Part shown: positions 17,516 through 25,797 of the stretch, piece after piece
Layout: each line of letters begins with the position of its first letter
Position numbering within the stretch: the stretch's first letter is position 1
NCBI GenBank assembly: GCA_030167145.1
Contig: CP126532.1
Location: 4,410,001 to 4,442,000 of the forward strand
From: Ktedonobacterales bacterium
GTDB taxonomy: Bacteria; Chloroflexota; Ktedonobacteria; Ktedonobacterales; JADMIN01
DNA: 32,000 bases
Direction: 5' to 3'
The notes under the pieces: generated by a model
What the model was told of the DNA's origin: nothing
Database searches by the model: none
Seen by the model: the letters and a program-made list of their open reading frames with translations, nothing else
Program-made: the position numbers and the translations under genes

Positions 17516-17914
17516 TCACTGTACGGTAATCGTCACGACCATACCGGGGTGGATCGTGCAGACCACCGTGTAGACGCCAGCGGTTGGAAACGTCACATCC
17601 AGGGTGGGGTCGCCGGGCTGGAACTGCACGCCGTCGCTCACATTGAGCTTCGCGGGCGCATCCGTCTGGGGCACACATTGCTCATCTTTGCCGAAGCACA
17701 GCACATGCACGCCGCCACCGTTCATCGGGTCCACAAAGTGAACAGTCTCACCAGCCTTGATGGTGAGCGCGTGCTGCTTGAAGTCCGCAACACCCATATC
17801 CACTTCATTGGCCGCGCCACTGCCGCCCGACCCGCCGCACGCGCTGAGCAACAGCGTCAGCGCGCAGACGACCATCGCCAGGCTCAGCAGCCACCACGTC
17901 TTCTGGACCTTCAT
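17516..17914 (-). CDS. Cupredoxin-like (type 1 copper) lipoprotein
   Basis: Start at ATG 17914 gives MKVQKTWWLLSLAMVVCALTLLLSACGG, a signal peptide plus lipobox L-S-A-C. The C-terminal Y.VVCTIHPGM motif supplies Cys-x2-His-x2-Met copper ligands, with an upstream His in GGGVHV. Confidence 0.8.
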   Translation of the reverse strand: MKVQKTWWLLSLAMVVCALTLLLSACGGSGGSGAANEVDMGVADFKQHALTIKAGETVHFVDPMNGGGVHVLCFGKDEQCVPQTDAPAKLNVSDGVQFQPGDPTLDVTFPTAGVYTVVCTIHPGMVVTITVQ

Positions 17915-17994
17915 GTATTTTCCACCTCCACACGGTCTATACGCATGAGGTACCGCATCGCTCACATCACGCACCGTTCAGGCCATCTGTTCGG

Positions 17995-19008
17995 CTATCC
18001 AGCTCGCTCGCTCTCACTGGATGGTAGCATGTTCGTCGCGTTGCCTGGCGATGCGGTGGGGATGTCGGCATGCGCCTGGCTGGCCAGATGGCTCGTGAAG
18101 AACTCCGCGACCCGCTGACAGTACGCCGGGCGGTCCGCGAAATATGCGCCGCAGTGCGGTGCGCCATCCGCAATCCATAGCTCTTTCGGCTCGTGCGCCG
18201 CCTCATAGACCCGATGTGCGTGTTCCACGGGCACTGTGGCATCCTCCGCGCCATGGATTAGCAGTACGGGGCGCGGCGCGATTGCCGCGACCTCACGCAC
18301 CGGCGCGACATCACCGCCGCGATAGCCAGCGCGCCGCGCGAGAAAGATGTCGGCGGCGCGGGCAACCGCGTGGCCGGAGACATGCAGCACACGCGCGACA
18401 TTGTGTGCGACGACATCGGTATGCGTGGCGAAGGGGCTGTCCGCGACGATGCAGCACACTTCGGACCGCCGCGCCGCGCCGATGATGGCCACCGATGCGC
18501 CCATCGAGAAGCCAATGACGCCGATGCGCGCCTCCGGGACGCGCTGCCCTACATAGTCCAGCGCGCTATAGAAGTCGTGTAGCTCCTGATAACCCAGGGT
18601 GACGGGCGAGCCGATGTCCGCGCCGTGGCCATGGAAATCGAAGATCAGCACATTGAAGCCCGCGCGCCACAGCGCCGTGCTGATGCCGATCAGTTCGGAT
18701 TTTCCGCCCCGGAAGCCATGGCAGCCGACGATGACCTGGTTAGTTTCCGGGCGCGGGAACCACCAGCCGTGCAGCGTGTGGCCGCCTCGCGTGGCCGTAA
18801 ATGCGACTTCTTCGTACTCCGCGCCGGTCTCGAAGGGCGTCATGACATAAGCGTCCATCGGTCCGGGACGCTTCGGCGCCGTAAGCGTATACGCGACATA
18901 ATAGGCGACGCCGAGCGTCGCCAGCGCCGATCCACCGGCCACCATCGCGGCTGCGGTTGCCGCGCGCCGCGCACCATGCTTCCATTCAGTGATAGAGCGC
19001 TTCGCCAT
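17995..19008 (-). CDS. Membrane-anchored alpha/beta hydrolase (S9/S33-like)
   Basis: One N-terminal TM helix (AATAAAMVAGGSALATLGVAYYVAY). HGFRGG oxyanion region, nucleophile elbow GFSMGA, and late D and H residues (HGAEDATVP, APHCG). ATG 19008 is preferred because GGAAGGA lies 7 nt upstream; ATG 19035 is the alternative. Confidence 0.85.
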   Translation of the reverse strand: MAKRSITEWKHGARRAATAAAMVAGGSALATLGVAYYVAYTLTAPKRPGPMDAYVMTPFETGAEYEEVAFTATRGGHTLHGWWFPRPETNQVIVGCHGFRGGKSELIGISTALWRAGFNVLIFDFHGHGADIGSPVTLGYQELHDFYSALDYVGQRVPEARIGVIGFSMGASVAIIGAARRSEVCCIVADSPFATHTDVVAHNVARVLHVSGHAVARAADIFLARRAGYRGGDVAPVREVAAIAPRPVLLIHGAEDATVPVEHAHRVYEAAHEPKELWIADGAPHCGAYFADRPAYCQRVAEFFTSHLASQAHADIPTASPGNATNMLPSSESERAG

Positions 19009-19225
19009 TCGTTTTTCCTTCCGTCTGCCATACATAAACTATGGACCACTATATATCCATATTCTAAAGTGTTCTACGAACACAGCGCTCAATCCGGTCA
19101 TGAGCAGACCCAACCAACAGCATCTCGCCTAGCCATATTTACACAATGAGACCTAGCGCGGTATCGTTTCAAGTGACATCGCAACGGCATATTTGCGCGC
19201 ATATCCGCGCGCTTCGTAAAGGTTG

Positions 19226-20278
19226 ATGGCACGTATGCGAGAAGAAGGGCAAGCGCCCGCGCGCTCTGGCATCATGGGAGCATTGGGCCGTTTAGCGGAG
19301 CGGGGATTCACGCCGCGCAACGTGCGCTGGCTGGCGACGATCACCGCGATCACGATGTTTCTGGTCTACGCCCTGGGCACACTGGTGACGACCACCGCGT
19401 CGGGCCACGGCTGCGGCAATTCGTGGCCGCTTTGTCACGGGCAGTTCATTCCCTCATTCGCGGTCCACACGGCGATTGAATTCACTCATCGCGTCGCCAC
19501 CGCGCTGGTGACGCCGCTGATTTTGCTGCTAGCAGCGGGCGTGCTCTGGCTCTGGCGCTCACGGCTGGAGTTCCGCGTTCTCGCGCCAGTGATGGTCGTC
19601 GCGCTCTTCGCCGAAGCCGGACTGGGCGCGGCGCTCGTGCTGGCGCGGTCGTCGGCGTTGCTGCTGGCGATCCACTTCGGCACATCGCTGGTGCTCTTCA
19701 CCAGTGTCTTGCTCATCGCGCTGATGGTCAACGAACTGGGGCGCTCTGATGCGCTGCGCGACCGGCCCGTGCCCAATGGCTTTCGGCTGCTGGTCTTCGG
19801 TCTGGCGCTCTATACCTACGTCGTCGGCTACCTCGGCGCGTATATGCGGCTGCGCGGCGTGGAGCTTGCCTGCCGCCAGTGGCCAACCTGCAACCAAGGC
19901 TCATTTTTCCCCACTACGTCAGGGGCGGGCATCGTCTTCGTACATCGTGTCGCCGCATTTCTGCTGCTGGCAGGTACCCTCTGGCTCTTCCTTTGGGCGC
20001 GCAGGCTGCGCCGCGGGCGGCCCGACCTGTATCATGGCAGCCTGTGGGCGCTGGGGCTGGTGATCACGCAGGCGCTGGTCGGCGCTATCGTGGTCTTTAG
20101 CATGGTGGCGGAATACAGCCAGATGCTCCATGCGGGGCTGGTGGCGCTGCTCTTCGGCACACTCAGCTACGTCTGCCTGCATACCCTGCGCCGTCCAGTG
20201 CAACAAAAAGCCGCTCAGCCACGCGCCGCGCTGGATGCTTCCGCCACATCGGCGTCGGCCAGCGCTTCAAGCCGGTAA
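19226..20278 (+). CDS. ctaA: Heme A synthase (COX15/CtaA family)
   Basis: TTASGHGCGNSWPLCHG, EFTHR, and a second-half repeat LACRQWPTCNQG ... FVHR, with about 8 TM segments. The start is uncertain (19226, 19235 or 19274 are all in frame). Confidence 0.85.
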   Translation: MARMREEGQAPARSGIMGALGRLAERGFTPRNVRWLATITAITMFLVYALGTLVTTTASGHGCGNSWPLCHGQFIPSFAVHTAIEFTHRVATALVTPLILLLAAGVLWLWRSRLEFRVLAPVMVVALFAEAGLGAALVLARSSALLLAIHFGTSLVLFTSVLLIALMVNELGRSDALRDRPVPNGFRLLVFGLALYTYVVGYLGAYMRLRGVELACRQWPTCNQGSFFPTTSGAGIVFVHRVAAFLLLAGTLWLFLWARRLRRGRPDLYHGSLWALGLVITQALVGAIVVFSMVAEYSQMLHAGLVALLFGTLSYVCLHTLRRPVQQKAAQPRAALDASATSASASASSR

Positions 20279-20285
20279 GCGCGCG

Positions 20286-21233
20286 CTAGACCGACGACAC
20301 TCGCGCGCGAAACACCCCAGGCGCGCAGCGCAGCGCCAGCGCAGCGCCATCCAGCCGCCACGGCGCGTCGAGCGTCGCCTCGGCGTCGAAATCCAGCGGC
20401 GCAACGAGCCGGAACTCGCGCTCAGGCGTGGCGATCACGATTGGCTGGCCGCGCGCCAGCACGCCCGAGGCGAAGTTATACGCCCAGCGCGCCGGGCGGT
20501 CTGGCGTGATGCGATAGTCCTCCGCGCTGGGCAGCGAATAGCTGGTCGCGCGGCTCTCGTCCTGGGGACGCGGCGCGAGCGTGCCAGCGGCCAGGCCCTT
20601 GAGGCTGGCAATGAGCAGCGGCCCCGCGACCTCAGCGCACATCCGCTCCAGCCGCGCCTCCGAGACGCCATCGCGCATGATGATCGTTTCTTGCGCGAGC
20701 ACTGGCCCGCTATCGAACCCCTCGTCCATCAGATGAATCGTCACGCCAGTCTGCGCGTCGCCGCGTTGAAACACCCAGAACAGCGGATCGGGTCCGCGAT
20801 TGTCTGGCAGCAGCGACGGATGGACATTCAGGCAGCCGAGCCGGGGCAGCCGTAGCACATCGGGAGGCAGGCGGCGCGGAAAGCATGAGACGCAGATGGC
20901 GTCGGGCGCGAACCCGGACAGCGTCGCCAGCGTTTCGCGAGCGCGCAAACGCGCCACCTCGAAGACCGGAACGCCAGTATCGGCGGCGATTTGGCGGATG
21001 CCGCGCTCCACCGGCAGCAGCGCCCGCGCTTTCCGGGACGCGCTCGCGGGTGGTGGAAGCTCGCGAGTCGGCGGCGTTTCCGGCCTCACATCGCCACTCA
21101 GCGCCGCCATCACCACCGCGCGCACATCAATACCCGCTCGCAGCAACGATTCCAGCGGCAGCGCCGACAGCACGCCCGACATGCCGAAGAACACGACACT
21201 CAATTGTGGCCGCAAAGCAGGCTCAGCGCTCAT
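20286..21233 (-). CDS. Formyltransferase-family protein (methionyl-tRNA formyltransferase-like paralog)
   Basis: 315 aa. LNVHPSLLPDNRGPDPLFW (the canonical HxSLLPxxRG motif), TGVTIHLMDEGFDSGPVL, and a C-terminal Fmt-like domain (PQDESRATSYSLP). The N-terminal third carries an atypical Pro/Ala-rich insertion in place of the usual TQPDRPxGRG segment. Confidence 0.75.
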   Translation of the reverse strand: MSAEPALRPQLSVVFFGMSGVLSALPLESLLRAGIDVRAVVMAALSGDVRPETPPTRELPPPASASRKARALLPVERGIRQIAADTGVPVFEVARLRARETLATLSGFAPDAICVSCFPRRLPPDVLRLPRLGCLNVHPSLLPDNRGPDPLFWVFQRGDAQTGVTIHLMDEGFDSGPVLAQETIIMRDGVSEARLERMCAEVAGPLLIASLKGLAAGTLAPRPQDESRATSYSLPSAEDYRITPDRPARWAYNFASGVLARGQPIVIATPEREFRLVAPLDFDAEATLDAPWRLDGAALALRCAPGVFRARVSSV

Positions 21234-21336
21234 TGTGATAGTGTCCTTCGCTCATCAGTGGCGGCGCACGATCTGCCGTCTGATATAGTATCTTACAGAG
21301 ACGACCGCGCGTACGGACGGAGAGGAGCGTGTTCTC

Positions 21337-21675
21337 ATGGCGCATATGGTAGATTGTGTGAAACTTGGCCGCAGGCTGCCGGGGCTGGAAAAGCCGCCCA
21401 TGCCCGGCGAGTTTGGCAAGCGCATTTACGACAACATCTCGCAGCAGGCGTGGGATATGTGGCAGGAACAGTCGCGGCTGATTATCAACCACTACGGCCT
21501 GAATCTCGGCGACCCGGACTCGCGCCAGGTGCTTCGCCAGCAGATGGAAGAGTTCCTTTTCGGCGAAGATGCGCGCATGCCCGAAGGCTGGGTGCCCGAA
21601 GGGCAGGGCGGCAAAGGCGGTGGCGCGCCCGCCAGCAAGGGTGGCGCTCCAGCGGCGGCCCCGCGCAAGAAATGA
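21337..21675 (+). CDS. yggX: Fe(2+)-trafficking / oxidative-damage protection protein YggX
   Basis: V.C.KLGRRLPGLEKPPMPGEFGKRIYDNISQQAWDMWQEQSRLIINHYGLNL.DP..R..L.QQMEEFLFGE aligns by eye along the whole of E. coli YggX. A Gly/Ala/Lys-rich tail follows. Confidence 0.9.
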   Translation: MAHMVDCVKLGRRLPGLEKPPMPGEFGKRIYDNISQQAWDMWQEQSRLIINHYGLNLGDPDSRQVLRQQMEEFLFGEDARMPEGWVPEGQGGKGGGAPASKGGAPAAAPRKK

Positions 21676-23162
21676 TGGACGTGCCCGGCGAGATTCTACT
21701 GGTTTCCTGCTACGAGCTAGGGCACCAGCCGCTAACCCTCGCTTCGCCGCTGGCGCTGTTGCGCGCCGATGGTTTCGCTCCCGTCTCGGTGGACACCTCG
21801 GTGAGCGAGCTGACGGACGAGGTGATACGCGCCGCGCGGCTCGTGGCGATCTCCGTCCCCATGCATACCGCGCTACGGCTGGGCGCGCGTGTAGCTGAGC
21901 GCGTCCGCGCAGCCCATCCATCGGCGCATATCTGCTTCTACGGCCTCTACGCCTCGCTCAACGCCGACTACCTCTTGCGCGAACATGCCGATTTCGTCAT
22001 CGGCGGCGAGTACGAGGCGGCGCTGCTGGGGCTGGCCCGCGCGCTTGCCAGCGGCGATGTATCGCCATCCGTCCCTGGCGTCCGCACGCGCGCAGTGGAT
22101 GCGCCACCAGTGCTGGCGCGCCTGCCATTCGTCCAACCGGAGCGCGCGAGCTTGCCGACAGCGAAGTCCTACGCGCATCTGGTGCGCGGCGACGAAGTGG
22201 TGCCAGCGGGCTATGTCGAGGCCAGTCGTGGCTGCCTGCACACCTGCCGTCACTGCCCGATCACGCCAGTCTACGGTGGGCGCTTCTTCATCGTGCCGCG
22301 CGGCGTCGTCCTCGCCGACATCCGCGCCCAGGTCGCGGCGGGCGTCCGCCACATCACCTTCGGCGACCCCGATTTCCTCAACGGTCCGGGCCACTCGCTG
22401 GCAATTGTCCGCGCGCTGCATGCCGAGTTCCCCGATGTCACCTTCGACGCGACGATCAAGATCGAGCATATTCTGGAGCGGCGCGACGTCTTCCCTGAGC
22501 TTGCCGCACTGGGCTGCGCGTTCGTTGTCTCAGCCGTGGAATCGCTGAGCGCGGAGGTGCTACGCCACCTGAAGAAGGGCCACACCCGCGCCGACGTGGC
22601 TGAGGCGCTGACGATTCTCGATGACGCGGGCATCCCGATGCGCCCAACCTTTGTCGCCTTCACTCCCTGGACCACTGCCCGCGCCTACGTGGACGTGCTG
22701 GACTTCATCGCCGAACATGACCTCATCGAACACGTAGACCCCGTGCAATACACCATCCGGCTGCTCGTCCCCCCTGGCTCCGCTCTGCTCGAAGAAGCTG
22801 ATGCCACCACCTGGCTTGGCCCACTCGATGAGCCAAACTTCACCTATCAGTGGGCTCACCCCGACCCGCGCATGGATGACATGCAGCGCGCGGTGGCGGC
22901 GCTGGTGGAGCGCGAGACAGTGGCGCAGCGCGACAACGCGAGCATCTTCGCGGCGATTCGCGCGCTCGCCGAAGAGATGCTCGGCGTCCCCGCCAGCGCC
23001 CGCACCTGGGGCACACAGCGTGGCGGCGTCGCGACGAAGCGCCGACCCGTCCCCCACCTCACCGAAGCGTGGTTCTGCTGAGCGGAACCCACCGCGGAGC
23101 AGTTGGCTCCCCACGATTCATCCACGCCAGTACATTGGCGTCCGTTCACCCCAGAATTATAG
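21672..23162 (+). CDS. B12-binding-domain radical SAM protein with an in-frame UGA (selenocysteine) in a C-U-A-E-P tail
   Basis: Start ATG 21672 overlaps the yggX stop (ATGA). MMDVPGEILLVSCYELGHQP... is a B12-binding-like N-domain, and SRGCLHTCRHC is the CX3CX2C rSAM cluster motif. The track ORF stops at TGA 23079-23081, straight after ...EAWFC. The next codons are GCG GAA CCC (AEP) and the frame stays open to TAG 23160-23162. If TGA is a true stop the CDS is 21672..23081. The 681-nt 5' extension in the track (from 20991) overlaps the fmt-like gene and yggX and is rejected. Confidence 0.8.
23082..23110 (+). promoter_or_regulatory. Candidate bacterial SECIS: two hairpins immediately 3' of the UGA
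   Basis: Hairpin 1: GCGG (23082-85), loop aaccca, CCGC (23092-95). Hairpin 2: GGAGC (23096-23100), loop aguug, GCUCC (23106-10). The second apical loop contains G and U and starts 19 nt after the UGA. Folded by hand only. Confidence 0.5.
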
Positions 23163-23470
23163 GGCGGCGGTGGGCTTGGTTGTTCACCGTCGTTCGTCGT
23201 TGTTCGTCCTGGGTGGGGTCGGCATTGGGGTCACAGATGTTTTGTTGGCTGCTGATGAAAAGTCCCCTGGATGGGCCCATCACTGCTTGACAGTGCCAGT
23301 CAATGCTGAATTTTTCACGCCTTGATATCGCCGTTTGCCTGCCAGTGTTTATGGGTGTTCACTCTGTTGGCTACCAATTAGGCTGTCAAGATTTATGCGC
23401 CTTGTTGAGATACGTGCTGAGATACGTCTAGAGTGCCTGCGAAATCTGAGTTCCCACCTGCTGGTGGTTA

Positions 23471-23944
23471 CTAAGGTATTTGTGCGCGAGTAGTGGGTAT
23501 CGCGAGCAATTGTGACTCTGGTACACCGAGTATCTGGGCTAACTTGGACCAAAATGCCTCGGTGGTCAGCCGCCCTTCCGAAGTGTCCCACGAGATGGTA
23601 CCGCATCCCTCCGGTGAGGCGACTGCCCTCATAAGAACCTGAGAACTGCGGGAAAATGTCAACTCAAATCTTAGGCCGAAATCAACGGGACAACTCACAT
23701 CACCCTTAGGCCCGAACGGCAAAGACGGAATGAGAGTATACAGAGATTGGACTAAAGTACTCGTTACGGTGCGATCAAGTGGGGCGGCTTCATTGCTTGG
23801 CAAGATAACGTAGCGCACAACGCGAAGGGACGAGGGCATAGCAGTGGAATGGCCAAGCACACTACTTGGATCAGTATGGCCGCATGCAGTCAACAAGATG
23901 GGCATGCAGATCATCAGGAGAACAACCCATCGCCGGGCTAACAT
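23471..23944 (-). CDS. Hypothetical lipoprotein (157 aa)
   Basis: ATG 23944 follows GGAGG (23955-23951) by 6 nt. MLARRWVVLLMICMPILLTACGH is a signal peptide plus lipobox L-T-A-C. No family recognised. It lies in a lower-GC segment. Confidence 0.65.
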   Translation of the reverse strand: MLARRWVVLLMICMPILLTACGHTDPSSVLGHSTAMPSSLRVVRYVILPSNEAAPLDRTVTSTLVQSLYTLIPSLPFGPKGDVSCPVDFGLRFELTFSRSSQVLMRAVASPEGCGTISWDTSEGRLTTEAFWSKLAQILGVPESQLLAIPTTRAQIP

Positions 23945-24298
23945 GAGATACCTCCACTTGTGCGGGACCAGTGCGGATACTGCAGCCGCTAGGCCATGCG
24001 TGACGTTGAGCACTAAGGCTGAATCATCTGCGCTCCTTACTCGTGGTGAGCTACCCATAACGCGAGCGCCCTCCACCACAGATAATTACGTTGTGACACC
24101 ATCATCACAGGTGTGAAATGAAGCATACCCTGGCAAGGTGCCTGGGCCAGTAGGCAAGGTATACATGTAGAGCCCAGGCACGCTATGAACTCAATCCTCC
24201 GGTGCCGAACTCATACAGATCAGCGCAGAGCAAGGACACCACACCTATTCCGGACGAGTTCGGCGTCCAATGTTGGCCTCACCCACGCTTCGGCATGG

Positions 24299-25324
24299 CT
24301 ACGAACAGTAATAGCCGTCGTTCCCGGTAAAGATCCAGGAGTCGGTAAAGATGGTGCCATTATTCATCAGGCCGCTTACCGAGGTCATCTGAGCACCAAG
24401 TGTATCGTACATCGTGAGTTGGTCGTTTGGCCAGCCAGAGATACCGTGATTCGTGGACCCCTGGGAGGCATCTGCCTTTGTCCACGCCACTTGATCGATT
24501 TGCTCATAGTAGTGAGGATGGGTGACCCCACTTATTGTGCATGAGGGCCGTTCCTCAACCCATTCTGCACTCTGCTGATTCGGCCGCACCTTGTAAGTAA
24601 CGGAAGTGTACTTGTTTGTGTACTCATTGACGACGACAAAATAGGAGTACCCAGAAACGTTGACACTCCAGTCAGCTTCAGCGTAAGTTAGCTGACGGCA
24701 CGTCGGAGCGATATTGGCGAAGTACTGTATGTTGTTGTTCGGGTACATCTCCCACCAATACCGATATCCGTTGACAGCATCAGACTCGCTTCCTCCTTGC
24801 CAAAGAGAAGTTGTAGGATATCCGCCAAGGCCGACCCACGAGACTGCTAAGGGCTTCCCGCCAGACCCTCCCTGGTAGCAGGGTACCACCCATGTGCCTT
24901 CCACGAGCGTGAATCCGGAGCCAGTCGCTACGTAGCCTGACCAAATGGTATTGGTTCTGTAAGAAGTGCTGTAGGGTTGCAATTGGAAATTCGCTGGTGC
25001 CGATTGTGAAGCATCGCAGACCCTATGTTTTGAGTGATGCATAGCTTGCACCCAATCGGCCAACTGCGCACTTGATCCTCGTGGGCGGCGAGGCAACCCA
25101 TAAGTGAGCAACTGCTGATCTGAACTGCTCAAGGGATCAAAAGTTGGCGGGGGTTGCAAGCAAGTCTTCTGGCCTTGAAAGTACGCTGTGACCATAGGAT
25201 CAGAAGTAGTTGCTATATATCCCCGTGTCGCATGTGCTTGAATGAGCGAAGCGCTGGGGATGGCCGCCACTGACGATATCAGTGCAAGAAGGAAGGCTAA
25301 TACCGCGTTCTTGGACGTCTGCAT
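24299..25324 (-). CDS. Secreted glutamic peptidase homolog (peptidase G1 / Pfam Peptidase_A4, eqolisin-like)
   Basis: Signal peptide MQTSKNAVLAFLLALISSVAAIPSA and a pro-region of about 110 aa. Then TIWSGYVA.G..F..V.G.W.VP, AVSWVGLGG, LWQGG (candidate catalytic Gln), YRYWWEMYP, SAEWVEERP (candidate catalytic Glu). The order and spacing match scytalidoglutamic and aspergilloglutamic peptidases. ATG 25324 lies 8 nt after GGAGG. Confidence 0.7.
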   Translation of the reverse strand: MQTSKNAVLAFLLALISSVAAIPSASLIQAHATRGYIATTSDPMVTAYFQGQKTCLQPPPTFDPLSSSDQQLLTYGLPRRPRGSSAQLADWVQAMHHSKHRVCDASQSAPANFQLQPYSTSYRTNTIWSGYVATGSGFTLVEGTWVVPCYQGGSGGKPLAVSWVGLGGYPTTSLWQGGSESDAVNGYRYWWEMYPNNNIQYFANIAPTCRQLTYAEADWSVNVSGYSYFVVVNEYTNKYTSVTYKVRPNQQSAEWVEERPSCTISGVTHPHYYEQIDQVAWTKADASQGSTNHGISGWPNDQLTMYDTLGAQMTSVSGLMNNGTIFTDSWIFTGNDGYYCS

Positions 25325-25337
25325 TCCTACCACCTCC

Positions 25338-25376
25338 GAAATAACTCAGCCTTGAGGATTCTCCTCAACAAGGCTG
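25338..25376 (-). terminator. Terminator-like hairpin plus U-rich tail directly upstream of the G1-peptidase RBS
   Basis: CAGCC-TTGAGGA-ttc-TCCTCAA-caa-GGCTG (25347-25376). On the minus strand it is followed by AGUUAUUUC (25346-25338), then GGAGG (25337-25333). Confidence 0.4.
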
Positions 25377-25797
25377 CTCAAACAGCGACATGCCTATGAT
25401 AGCATCTGTATACTAGAGGTCCAGAATAGTAATCACATATAGTACTATTTGGCAGGTACAGGGTACGGGTGCAGAAACTCAAATCCTAGATGGACTGAGA
25501 TGCCTTGATTATTGGGTACGCGAAATATAGACACGGATATAGATACACAGGCGGTTGTTGGAAAGCGTGTAGACTGATCAGTACTGATGAGGCAACGGCC
25601 GCTTTCGGGGTGGTGTGTGGCAGATGGCTTAGTTACGGGAGGGATGTTCAGAGAGCACTGTATCTCAGATTCCTTGGAAGTTCTTTAGCATATGACTGGC
25701 TGTTAGACGCTGATTGCAACGTGCAATGGCAAGCGCATAGTATGGTGCTGCTCGGCTATCGGCTTGAGTCACCACATGGGATGGACCGTAGCGGTAT

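Noticed and set aside
20991-21671. 5' extension of the radical SAM ORF (the track starts it at 20991)
   Set aside because: The extension overlaps the Fmt-like gene on the opposite strand and all of yggX in another frame, and translates to Arg/Ala-rich junk. The recognisable B12-binding domain begins at MMDVPGEILLV (ATG 21672), which overlaps the yggX stop.
23069-23290. 73-aa ORF overlapping the rSAM 3' end, as a possible RiPP precursor for the radical SAM enzyme
   Set aside because: It is in a different frame overlapping the Sec-tail extension. It has no SD and no leader/core-like organisation, and the sequence looks like a random open frame.
24205-24263. 8-bp inverted repeat CCGAACTC ... 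GAGTTCGG downstream of the peptidase stop, as a terminator
   Set aside because: The 43-nt loop and the lack of a U-tract make an intrinsic terminator unlikely. It may be part of a larger structure, but I cannot support that by eye.
23417-25668. 9-bp inverted match CTGAGATAC (23417-23425) / GTATCTCAG (25660-25668) as terminal inverted repeats of the low-GC segment
   Set aside because: A single 9-bp match between two flanks of 300-470 bp each is about what chance predicts. It does not extend beyond 9 bp, and no transposase lies between the two copies.
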